This document shows, piece after piece, positions 1 to 11,700 of a DNA stretch of 64,000 nt. Each line of letters opens with the position of its first letter. The first letter of the stretch is position 1. Under the pieces are notes generated by a model. The model did not search any database and had not been told where the DNA came from. It was given only the letters and a program-made list of their open reading frames with translations. A program made the position numbers and the translations under genes. Source of the stretch: Vermamoeba vermiformis (taxonomy: Eukaryota); assembly GCA_045837725.1 (NCBI GenBank), contig JBEWZL010000006.1, positions 186,001 through 250,000 on the forward strand, in the 5' to 3' direction.

Positions 1-145
1 GCGTAACCCAATAAGTGAACCAAAAGTATTTGAATATGTGCTGCTCGATAATTTCATTAAGAAGATCGTTGAATGATAAAGGACCAGCAACGATCTGAGG
101 CGCACCCATTGCTTGATCTGCGCATACTGCAGTGGAAGTGTCCAT
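1..145 (-). CDS. 5' part of a putative F-box protein (runs off the window)
   Basis: ATG at 145 opens MDTSTAVCADQAMGAPQIVAGPLSFNDLLNEIIEQHIFKYFWFTYWVT, open to position 1. LSFNDLLNEIIEQHIFKYF resembles an F-box motif. Confidence 0.45.
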   Translation of the reverse strand, partial: MDTSTAVCADQAMGAPQIVAGPLSFNDLLNEIIEQHIFKYFWFTYWVT

Positions 146-575
146 TCAATGGTTGTGCCTTTGAACGTTAAACTATTTAAGTCTATTGTTTCTTGCTTGG
201 TACTGAACTCCAAACGAAATGTGCTTTGATTCGCAGGCGAATTTTTTTTTACGCTCCGTGGCCGCTTTGCATTTGCAGATCTGCCAAAAAATAGCAATCG
301 TGAGTAAGGCTTTCGTCGCGCATTGTTAGCAAAACAATTGCAAAAGAAGAGACCAGTTTCGTCGTCATAAAGAGGTTCATAAAAACGCCTTTGCATCTAC
401 TGGATGCGGTTGAACATTCAACACATACTCTTCATTCTCAGACAAAAAGCTACGTGCTTGCAGCATCGTAACATATGCAAGTACCTTGTATTGATTTACC
501 TCAGATTCTTGAGACTTGCCGTTGAGGTTCCAGATCCGAGCAGATTCGAGTATAAAATACAAGAGGGTTTATTTT

Positions 576-3500
576 CTAAGAAATAAAAGGATTGTTAGGA
601 CTCGCCTGTATTCCATTCGGCAGTATTATTGTCGGTGCAGCTTGCGAGCCATCATTAGCATCGCTGTTATTTTCAACTGCAGATCCGTTTTGATTTTCGT
701 TGTTGCTGATTGGTGCATTTGATTGAAATTCAGTGAACGAAATATCTTCGAAGAAAGCGCTCGTTGATAACGGCGCTTCTTTTTGAGGTGACACGTGATC
801 TTTGAAGGCTTCAGCGGGATAACTCGAAAAATCATCGGATCCGAATGAAACTTTTGTCGGTGATTTCCCAGAAAATGAAACACGTAGTCTAGGCTTAGGC
901 GCAGGAATAACAACTTCACTAGTCTTATCTTCAGGTGATAACTGATTGTTATTCTTCGGTTCGGTCGCTGGATTGATGTTGACCTGGAACTTTCCTTTTT
1001 TGGGTGTTGAATTTGCAGATAACGAAGGACGGCGGTATTGCGGTGGGTTAACGACAGCGCCAGTAGTATTGTTATGAATATAGTCCGATTGACTTAACGT
1101 GTTGTCATTGTCCTCGTCATCGTCTTCATTGTCCATGCTTGCCAAGTCCTTTTCACTATATGCTCGTTTGAATACGGGCTTGTTTTCATCGTCCTCTTCG
1201 TCATCTGAACCCGTCGGAGATCCCACGGGAAAATCCGATTTGTTTCTACGATGACCAAACGCTCTTTGCGGCGTTGGCTTAGGCTTTTTATGCTCCTCAC
1301 CAAGCACGATAGAACTGGTCAAAATAAAATTAATAAATATAAATTTCTTCGAAATTAATGAATTTTTACGTACTCAGCGATTGGCACGATTTTTTTCTTG
1401 AGCTCATCCATTTTGTTCATGAACAGACCAAAATTCTTTTTGAAGCCTTGATTAAAGACGTTCAAATGGGCATCAATATTACTATAGTACTATTAGTATA
1501 GCTATCTAACATAATTATACGCATCACTTACGTTTTTAAGTTGGTCAACGATTGGTCAAACTCGGTTTTTCGACTCAAAGTGTCAGCTTGGTTCTCAAAT
1601 GTAACGAAGATCAATTCGTTATTGAATTTGCTCGGCACGTCTTTGAAGTTTTTGGGCAGTTGTTGATTCGGATTCGATGCGCTAGGATAAAATAATTCGC
1701 CTTTGTGTTTGTTGAAATGCGCCTCTCGTTCGGCCATAAACCTTTCGAACATTTGCAAATTGCAAAAACTATTCATAAACTAGATATAAATAGCATTAAT
1801 ATCATTATATATAGATATATAATATTTAAATATTGATTACGTACGTATGAAGCTTGTTTCGGTTGCTTGCTCAAAAACAGATCTTTTTCGAACTCGTACT
1901 GGCCATTAACTTGCTTCATATATTTCTTATAACTACCAATTAATAGCAAAAAGAATTGTCTGAATCCACTTCGAACAACCTCTTCGTCAGCTGATTGCGT
2001 TTCTACGAAAAAAAAGATCAGATCAGATCCGATCCGATCCAAATGCTGTAAATAGTTGCACTTACTTTTAATCATCTTCAAATAGTCTTCAATAGCGTTA
2101 TTAATCAAGTGCAAATGATTTTCAGGCAGCACATTTTCTTCGTACAACAAAAATTCTTCGTCGTACTCTGCGTCATAGTAGTTTGTCGTACAATTATTTT
2201 TGTCCAAATCAACGAAGAAGACCTATATGCATATAATTATTATCATGGCCCCCGGCTACAATAACAATATTATAATGATAATATTATACCTCTTCTAGGG
2301 CCATATCCTTGACTTCGTCAATGTACGAGCCATGAATGCCGATGAAAAATGGCATTGGCGCACAACAATATCGCAATAACGTTGAAGGCAATAAAGGAAT
2401 AAATATATGCTAAATTATATATGATATTAGTACTATATTCATTATTGTTTTGAGTGCATCCGCAGACTTACGGTCCATAAAAATGGATAAAGAAGACTTA
2501 GCGCCGCAAACATGCACTCGGATAACTTTTGCAAATTTTGACTCCACATACTATATATAGTAATTAATATATAAACAATAGGGATGTAATCGAATTAGGA
2601 CCGTACATGATTCTTCGTTCGTGCAACAGTGCAGAAAATAATTTGTTGATATTGACCGTTGATAATGAAGTTAACAGAGGCTTAAGAGATGGCTATAATA
2701 TTGCAATAATTAGTGCGGTTTGATATTAATACTCTTTTCAAAGAAAAATCAGACTTAAATTCGCTCTTCAACAAAACCAGTTTTACCTCGAAAGAAAAAA
2801 AATAATATAATATATACGAAATCTATTCATATTAAATAATATAATCATGTTATAACAAGCGTATGTATAATGGTATAGGTTTTGAATTTTAGATCAACGC
2901 GGATCGGAATTGAAAAAAAGTACATACGAATCCCCACGGCGCATCTTCTTGCACCGGTGTGCGCACAAAAGCTACAGTTTTGTTGTTCTCCTCAATATCA
3001 AACGAGGTGCGCTCTTTTTTGTTGAATTGAAAGGCCATCATTTTCGCCACTACGCGCTGTACATTGGTCAAGGTATCGTGTTGCGTCACCATGCGTGCTA
3101 AATGTAATAAAATTGTTTGAAAGAACGAGAACCATGGCCTAAGATACCATAATTAATAAATAGAAGCTTGGACAAACTGAAAAAAAATGAGTTTTTATTG
3201 GATCTGATCCATAAAAACTTCCGTTTACGTTTCGTAAATGAAAAATAGGGCAAATTTTTGTACTTAAGTAAAATTTCAATATAGAAAGGTCGAGTTGAGA
3301 TTTTAAAATTGGATTTTTTGCTGTCGAATTCGTTGGAAAATTGCGGGTAAATTAAATTGTTTTGGACAGTACTTACAGGTAGCTCATAAGACAAATACAG
3401 CGAGGTAAATGTTCGCCATATATTAAAAATCGATAACAAAAGCCAAATAATTGTTTGTTGTCCGAGTTCGTTAGGGCAAACGTGTAAAACTGAGATCTAC

Positions 3501-3958
3501 ATTAAATAAATTATCGGTTATTACCTATAATTAAAAATCATATCTAAAATACTATAATAATGTACTTTAAATGATTGCTAAGTGCTAAATAAATACTAAC
3601 GAATTTTCGAAATTCTAGTGCGCGCGACGTCGGCATTACGGAATGAATAATTATTATGATTATAAATAGAAATAAACCATGAATCATAAATAATAATAAT
3701 TGGGCACGAGGGGATTTACTAAAAATTTCGGATGGACGTAAAAACTTACTGATGCGCATCCAGTGTCTTCCTAATCTCCTCTATTGATTCTGGAAAACAA
3801 AAATTCGCCAATTTGTCTTCTCCGACATGATTTTGCGGCACTGTGACGCCATCTGAGCTAATCTGTTGAATTCGGATCTCTTCGCCTTGAAAATTAAGCA
3901 CGAAGGCCTTTTCAATTAATTTAGGCGCAGCGGGTTCTGGACCCACTGTAGACGCCAT
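576..3958 (-). CDS. DENN-domain protein (DENND1-like Rab GEF), multi-exon
   Basis: Spliced exons give uDENN (LANFCFPE), cDENN (LFSALLHERRI; YIPLLPSTLLRYCCAPMPFFIGIH) and dDENN (FRQFFLLLIGSYKKY; LQMFERF), followed by an S/P/D-rich tail (576-1322). Confidence 0.85.
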
Positions 3959-4282
3959 TAAATAGATATATTTACAATAGGCGTATCCTTGTGAGTCGTG
4001 GTCGTAAAATAAAGAGAACGAAAATTTGACCGTTTTTTTGATCTGGAACTCCACGTTGCACCATAAAAGTGCCAAATAGTACAAATCTTGACGTGGTGTA
4101 TTAAAAAGTACGCTATTACATTATTTTTGATTGTTTACAAAGAATCAGAGGGCACAAAAAGATCGTGTCAAGATCGGATGGCCTTTCACAACCTCGTGCA
4201 ACCAAATTATTGCCATTTATAATTAATGACCTAATACTACGAAAATTTTAACGATTTTTTCCTACAGATATAGGCTTTGAAC

Positions 4283-4717
4283 ATGCATGTTCGTTTGATC
4301 TCGATCGGCAAATCAGCACCGAAATGGATTGAAGACGCAGTAGAGGAATATATTACTAGACTACGAACACATATGACTATATCTACATTATGGACGAAAA
4401 AGGAGCAACAGTTTGTCGAGATTGTGGAAAAAGAAGATCCCAGCTCAATATTTTTGCTTGATGAGCGTGGAAAAACCTTCAAATCGTCAAAAGAATTTTC
4501 AGATTGGTTCTTTTCGCGCCACGATGCGGCTAGACACAAAGAAATCAATTTTGTGATTGGTGGCGCTGAAGGTTTTCCGAATCCAGCTTGGAAAAATCGA
4601 TATCAAAGCATTAGCTTATCAAATCTTACCTTGACGCACCAAATGGCTCGTGTAGTATTATTGGAGCAAATTTATCGCAGTGTGGAGATTGAAAAAGGAA
4701 CCAAATATCATAAATAA
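4283..4717 (+). CDS. rlmH: RlmH-like SPOUT rRNA (m3-pseudouridine) methyltransferase
   Basis: Uninterrupted ORF with RlmH motifs LISIGK, LLDERGK...SSKEF, FVIGGAEG and SLSNLTLTHQMARVVLLEQIYRS...GTKYHK. Confidence 0.9.
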   Translation: MHVRLISIGKSAPKWIEDAVEEYITRLRTHMTISTLWTKKEQQFVEIVEKEDPSSIFLLDERGKTFKSSKEFSDWFFSRHDAARHKEINFVIGGAEGFPNPAWKNRYQSISLSNLTLTHQMARVVLLEQIYRSVEIEKGTKYHK

Positions 4718-5045
4718 TTGCCATGAAGAGCTCTGAAGTCTAGCAGGAACGCTGAAAGTGCCATAATTAATAATATTGATATAAAATGCAATTACGGGAC
4801 GATTTGTCCGTAGATACGGCCCACATCCAACTACCGGTATAAAAAGGTACGTACAACTATAATTGTATCTTATTGAGATATTAGATGTTTGTATATTAAT
4901 AACGTATCGTATCTATTTCAGGTATCTTCAGAACGATCGATAAATTGTCAACTCACAGCCGGTTTACCGTTCAATAAAGCGAGGTTTTTTTGGTATGGCA
5001 CGTGTCATCATACCATTCATTAGTTCAACCGAAACAAGCACCACC

Positions 5046-6913
5046 ATGCACTCTCTTATTGTGGTGATAAATGCTTGTATTTTTGGCCTTCTAGTCTGGT
5101 GCGGATCAGTTGCCAGCTCATCTGAACCGAGCTGGATTTCTCCAACAAACGTCAATTACAGTAAGTCAAGCTAATTTACGCACAGTATAATAATATATGC
5201 GACTGTGATAGACTAAAAACTTTATCAAAGAAGTAAATTAGTGGCAAATTTAACCGTTAAAATAAATCTGACAAAGCCAGTGTATTTCTGCTTGAATTAC
5301 ACGAAATTAAGCTACGCAAGTACTTAAGAAAAAGGAGATAAGGTTTATATATTCGTAATGTCTTTTAATTTAATTTGACAATAAATTTATGCCAGAGGTC
5401 TAATCCTTGTAATTGGCAGCTTATCCCTCAGATTATTTCGAGAGCTATTGCCGAAAGAGGAATATGGGCTACTATCGATGTTGGTGCTGGCGCACGTGGC
5501 AGATCCCCTCTTACCGTTATGGATTCGAAAGGCATTCTTTGGATCATGTTCGGCGCGCAGAACCGCCGCAGCTCCGACGATTTTCTATTTACAGTGTGGA
5601 ATTACAATCCTAAAACTGACCAATACCGTTACGTTTGGGGCAGTAACGAAACCGCCTTTGGTTCGCATACGCGTAACGCAGGAGATCTTCGCGTTCCAGC
5701 CGAGACAAATCACCCTGGTGGCATTGAACAAAGCGGCGTTACTATAGACAATAATGACAATATTTGGGTCTGTTCTAGTGATTATCTTGGCGAGTTATGG
5801 ATGTTCAATACCACATCCATGATGTTCACTCGAATGTTTGGCCTCGATAACGGCAGCACGTACTATCAACCAAGCATTGGCGCCAATCCTGGCCAACCTG
5901 GCGAGGACGTGTGGCCTGGCTCTTGTCTAGGGCAATGTATGGCGGCTGACTCACTAAACAATGTTTGGATCCTGAATGGTATTAACTACAACAGTTACTA
6001 CACTAACGCTGTGTGGCACTTCAATACGACCTCGTACTTGTGGACATTTGTCTACGGCAGCATTGACGATCAACCATTCACTCACAACGCAACATTCTTC
6101 GGCGGTACTGCCTTGGCTGGCTGTTTCATGGACGAGAACGATCGTGTCTGGCTGTACGGTGGCTACGGACGAACTGACGGCGGTAGTTATGGCACGTACG
6201 GCAGCATTTGGACCTTTGACACGCGTGACAAGAGAGAGTACGAGCTCGAGTACGGTCCTGACACACTCAACGCCCGGCCTCAATCCGTGTCCGCTGACTA
6301 TCACGCTGACAACCATCCTAGTGCCAGTGAGAGCTCGTTGCTGATGGATCGCATGGACGGGACACTCGTGCTCGTCGGTGGTGCTGGGTACACGAGTGAT
6401 GGCAACTTGGGCGCATTGGACACAGTGTGGCTGTACAACAAGACTGTCAAACAATGGAAGCTCGTGCACGGCAACATTAGCACAGCTGATACTGAAGGCG
6501 CTTATGTGAACTATCGTCAGACTGGATCCACGTTCCCTGCCAGCGCTTATTTTGCCCGCACCGATGGAAAGAATTTCAACGGCGATGTCTATATTGTTGG
6601 TGGCTCTATTTACTTGTCAGTGGACTCGATCAACCGCAAAGACATCTGGTTCATTCCCAACGACCAGTGCGCTTCTGCCAGTGCCAACAAGTGTTCAGTG
6701 AACGCGCAGTGCATCGAAGAGATGTTCGGATACTCGTGTGTGTGCAATGAAGGCTTCACTGGCGATGGATTCACTTGCAATGCTATTCCTGTAGCTACTC
6801 CAGTCACCAGCGAAACACCACCAGTCTCAGCAACGCCAAAACAACAAATGAGCAGCGCTTCAGTCGTTGGTGCATCGATTACAGCACTAGTACTTGCATT
6901 GCTGGTCTTGTAA
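5046..6913 (+). CDS. Secreted/GPI-type kelch-like beta-propeller + EGF-domain surface protein (copy 1)
   Basis: A signal-peptide-like exon at 5046-5160 ends at GTAAGT; its join to the main exon is unresolved. The main exon has repeated D-x-x-x-x-hW-hhGG...VW-x-(F/Y)N blades, an EGF domain (CSVNAQC...YSCVCNEGFTGDGFTC), an S/T/P stalk and a hydrophobic C-terminus. Confidence 0.75.
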
Positions 6914-7183
6914 GATGATGAAATGATACACAAGACTATTGTTAGAAAATCGCCCAAATAAAAGGTCGTGTTTCGTTCAGTAATTTAAAACCGAACGTCA
7001 ATTATTTTCGCGCTAATTCTACCTTTATAGGCAGTCGAACCAGATGTACGAGAGAGTTCTTAGCTTCGCCGAGAGAGCCCTCGCTGCGGAGGACAAAAAT
7101 GAAGCAAAAAGTAAAAAACCGCGTTTTACATTGTTAAGTCATTGTTTTACGATAATTAGAGCGTGTAGCTCAAAAGCTGCGCA

Positions 7184-8671
7184 ATGCGTTGTTATTTTGC
7201 AATCTTGTGTTTCTACTTGATTTACGGTCTTTGTGAAACGGCGAGTGCTTAGGGTTGGTTTTTTGTTTTTTTTTTGCTGGATTCGAAGGGTATTTTGTAG
7301 ATCATGTTCGGTACTAATTATCGCATTGGCTCGGTTAACGAAGCGTATTTGTTCAACGTATGGAATTACAACCCTAAAACGGATCAGTATCGTTATGTTT
7401 GGGGAAGCAATGAAACTGCGGTCAACGATCCGGTGAGCCAAAATCCACGCGACCAGGGCGGTATCTCACCAACTCTTACCAATCATCCTGGCGGCAGCAT
7501 GTGGAGTGCCAATACTATCGACAACAACGACAATATCTGGTTCATGTCGTTCGAGCACAAAAGCGAGTTGTGGATGTTCAACACGACTTCGCTGATGTTC
7601 CTCAGAATTCAAGGACTGGACACAATCACGAATTCTCCGAATTTCGGTCCCGATCCCGGTCAGCCGAGCGTGTATGTGCAGCCTGGTAATGCTGACGGGG
7701 CGTGTTTGGTCGCGGACTCGCAGAATAACCTGTGGTTGATTGGGGGTCAGGGTCTCAACGGCGTCATGACCACTGTTTGGCACTTGAACACGACGTCATC
7801 GTTTTGGACTTGGATCTACGGCAGTCCTGACGTGCAATTACGAACTCATGACGCAACGTTCTATGGTGGGACATGGGGTCCAGGTTGCTTCATTGACGAG
7901 AACGATCGTGTCTGGTTGTACGGCGGGATTGGCGCGCATAGCACTATGGATTATAATGACTATGGCAGTATTTGGACTTTTGACACACGAGTGAAAAGAC
8001 AGTACGAACTTGAGTACGGTCCTGACACCTTCAAAATTCAATCAGTAGTAGTCTCAGATGACTATCACCCTGACAATCATCCTGGTGCCTCACATTCCTC
8101 TCTGTTCGTTGACCGCATGGACGGCACAGCAATGCTCGTTCTAAGCGCCGTGAATGTTGAATTCAATGTGTGGGGCAGCACTGATCAAATATGGCTGTAT
8201 AACAAAACTTCGAAGCTATGGAAGCTCGCCTACGGCAACATTAGTGCTATTGACGTAGAAGGAGAATACGTTAATTACCGTCAGCCCGGTTCAAAGTTCC
8301 CTTGCGTCACAGGCTTTGCAGTTACCAACACCAAGAGCTTCAACGGCGATGTTTACATTGTTGGTGGTAGTTCAGGCGCAGCAGCTGTTGGCCTTCCCAA
8401 CCGCAAAGACATCTGGTTCATTCCCAACGACCAGTGCGCTTCTGCCAGTGCCAACAAGTGTTCAGTGAACGCGAAGTGCATCGAAGAGATGTTCGGATAC
8501 TCGTGTGTGTGCAATGAAGGCTTCACTGGCGATGGATTCACGTGCAATGCTCCTCCTATTGCTGAGGCTCCTATCACTAACGTTGTGCCTATCGCTGCTC
8601 CGACAAGAAAAACCAGTGGTGCTTCGGCAGTAGCCGTTTCATTCTTGGTGCTCGCCACTATTGTATTGTAA
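7184..8671 (+). CDS. Tandem paralog (copy 2) of the beta-propeller + EGF surface protein; 5' end interrupted by two in-frame TAGs
   Basis: 7304-8671 is colinear with copy 1. An in-frame signal-like segment starts at ATG 7184, with TAG at 7250 and 7298. Either a GC-AG intron (7241-7300) removes them or this is a pseudogene. Confidence 0.65.
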
Positions 8672-8770
8672 AGAACTATTTTTTTTGCCAACAAATACTA
8701 CTTTCTTTCGCCGATATGAATTTCCAACGTACTGTCTTTGTAAATTTTTTATTGCATTTGTTCTATTTAA

Positions 8771-11700
8771 TTAAGTCACGACTAACATGAATAACAATAA
8801 TGATGACGCCGCGTTAACCGTCGCACTACTAACTTGACCACCAGGCTGATTATTATTATCACTCGGACTGTTGCTCGATGGTGTTGGTGATCTAACGTAA
8901 TCGCTGCATTGTAGTTCATGAACGGAATCGCTGCACCCGCTGCCACTGCCATTGCAAACACCGCATTTGTCAATACGTCCTAAGAAATGACATGCTATTA
9001 GTTATTGACTTAAATTAATCAAAAAGTTAAAATAAATAGCATGCGTACCGGTGGATCCATCGCAGCCAATAGGAGTCTTGGTGTAAGTCGGATAAGGCGT
9101 GCAAGGATAATCTGTGCCAAGTTTGTCGCCTACCGCTACTATCTTAAAAGTCTCACAGCCTTCAGTACTGCAAAAATCATATTGATTTCTCGCATATTTG
9201 GCAACAGCTGTTGAAAAAAAATTGTCAGATCACATCCAAGAACTTAAAAAAAGAATTTGAGCGGCGGGACTGGTGATTGCGAAGGTACACTGTAGTTTTT
9301 ACGCCACAGTGGGGGGTTAGTCGACTCTTTCAGTGAACAAGCTATTCACTGAACGAGTCAAACAGCGAAGTATGGTAATAAACTTTCAAAGGATCATTAT
9401 TTGATAATTTCAAGGGGGGGACAAACATGAAGTATCGCTATGATCCCGTACAATGAGCACAATACCAACGCACCAACGCGGAACTGATCCAGTCACCGCA
9501 TCTGCGTAAGAATGATTTCTCAATGCCATGCACCTTTTTCTCGCCGAAATCAATATAATAGCGATAACGTAATTATATTCACTATTAATCGTACGCCGAT
9601 TTGTTATGGTGCAGTTTCTAACAATTTTCTGACCTTCCAATATTTGCAGACCACAAATTGAACAAACAAGCTTACCTTTGAAGAAAATCAACCCATTCGT
9701 AGAGTCAAAGTAATATACACTGCCATCAGAGTCATCGACTTCTTGAATAGAGTTCACCGAAGTTAAGGTAGTAACTTGCGATCCGACCGACTTTGTAACG
9801 GTGAAAGTCGATGGTGGATAACAAACACCTATTTAACAATATTATTAACAAAAATGAATAATATATGATGCCTTAATATGCTAATTATTCATAACGTACC
9901 TATTCTCGCCCAATCATTTTGATCCCAGTTGGTTAATTGGAACGACAGAGCTGGTGGAGTTGGATGCTTAAATTTGATAGTGTAGCTCTTAGTAAGCATA
10001 ACCAACGGTTGGAATCTAATTCTAGGAGGAGCTATATATAGTATTATTGTTAGCTGGCTCGTCCTCAATATTTTCGGAATCGGATGTAGTAAAACGTACC
10101 GGAATATGGAGGCGTTCCCATCAGTTCAAGATCGTAATCTGGGTACTCATCTCTCGTCATAGAAAATAATATGCTACTGGCTGTACTACTCTCCGCTGTC
10201 ATCGTTAAGCCATTGAAGTTTGTCGCATCCGGATCTTCGTTGGTAATGTACAGCTGACCAAACTTCTCTTTGCACACTTGTGCCTCCCATTGAGGTCGTG
10301 CATAGCAATTGTAAGACGTAAAGAAGGGATTATTACGCACAACATTACTATTAGCAATGCCTGTTAGGCTGCCGTCGAGATCCCAAATGGTCGGATTTTT
10401 ATCGCCGTCGAGCGAGTTGACGTCAAACCAGGGCTGACCTATAGCAATCTATTAGACTCATATTATACAGATGTATTATAGGTCTCACCTTCTAGTCCGT
10501 GATAAAGTCTACGGCTATCATCGTAAAACTTAAGGTCAGTGACGTAGCTCGAAGTAGCTGCTTGCCAATTATTCAGCAAAAAATTTCCAAAAGCACTCGC
10601 GTTATTTCGTTCATCGACCAGGAAGCCTTTAAATCCTAAATGTTCCAATCTTAAAGGTCCATCATAGAATTCAAAGCCTCTCAGTGGCCAGTTCGTATAC
10701 TCGTTTGGCATTGTTCGTTCGAGGACCGGATCCCAAGTTGCCTCGTCCATTTTCTGGCCATAATTCGCCGTTTTTCCGACGAACAATCCGCCACTAATTG
10801 CTTGATGTGATCCATAATCATTGGGCATTTCACTGTCACAGTATTAAAAAAAAATTTGCATTGATTATCCTCTAGCTTACCCGTCACTTGCAAGAGTCAA
10901 GCCAATAGCGTTATCAGCAAAAACACCGTTCTCGAACCAAATATCACCTCCTCTTGCCCATGCGCCTCTATGACCGTTCTTATAGCCAATGTAACCTTTC
11001 ACCATAGCCGGTGCTCGTGCCTGAAACCTAGTTAGGGACAAATCATATTCGCCACTTTTTAACTTACGCTATCTCTGTTTTTGTAGTCAACACGAGGGTT
11101 GTATCTAATGTACGGAAATTTTCCGAGTCTTTGCGTTGGATCTTGTGGTGTTGGGTCGTCAGCGTTGATTCCGTCTTCAAAGAACAGTCCATTTTCTTTG
11201 TTCGAATGCGACGTGTTGTTCTCGAACTTAGCCAGGGCTGTCAACGACGGATTTATTCCCAATTGGATGCCTAGTGTTTCAGAATCACCCGTGGGACGTT
11301 CCGGGAAAATGTACCAAATGCCAACAAACTCGGATCCAGCGGCAACATTGTTCGTGAGAATGTTATTTGGATTAGTCATCCAATAAGTAGACAGTGCCAG
11401 GCATTCTGTGCAGCTTGGATTTGGATACTGAGGATTTGCCATTGCCGTACACGTGGCGCAATTACGATCGGTCGGGAGGACTGTTCCAAACCGCGTCAAA
11501 ATTGCCAAATTTCCGTCGATCACATTGCGCATTTCAATGCCATCTTCAAGGAACATGCAGTGGCCTAAATGATCGAACGCCGCATTGTCTTGTACTAACA
11601 ATCCATTGGTCCTAATCAAATATTAGCACTCCGTCATGTGAAGCTGTGTGCAAATTATTGTAGACTTACTGATGCATAGTGATACATCGGGACAAAGAGC

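Noticed and set aside
4847-4921. Canonical GT-AG intron outside any CDS
   Set aside because: There is no start-containing frame around it, so it is most likely a UTR intron of a neighbouring gene.
5954-6469. Long antisense or alternative-frame ORFs over GC-richer exons (also over AASS, Rad54 and V-ATPase)
   Set aside because: They are shadows of codon bias in the real genes and have no recognisable motifs.
7250-7300. In-frame TAGs as evidence of stop-codon reassignment
   Set aside because: Other genes end at TAG (Rab at 36714, SAP protein at 49046), and conserved genes show no internal TAG.
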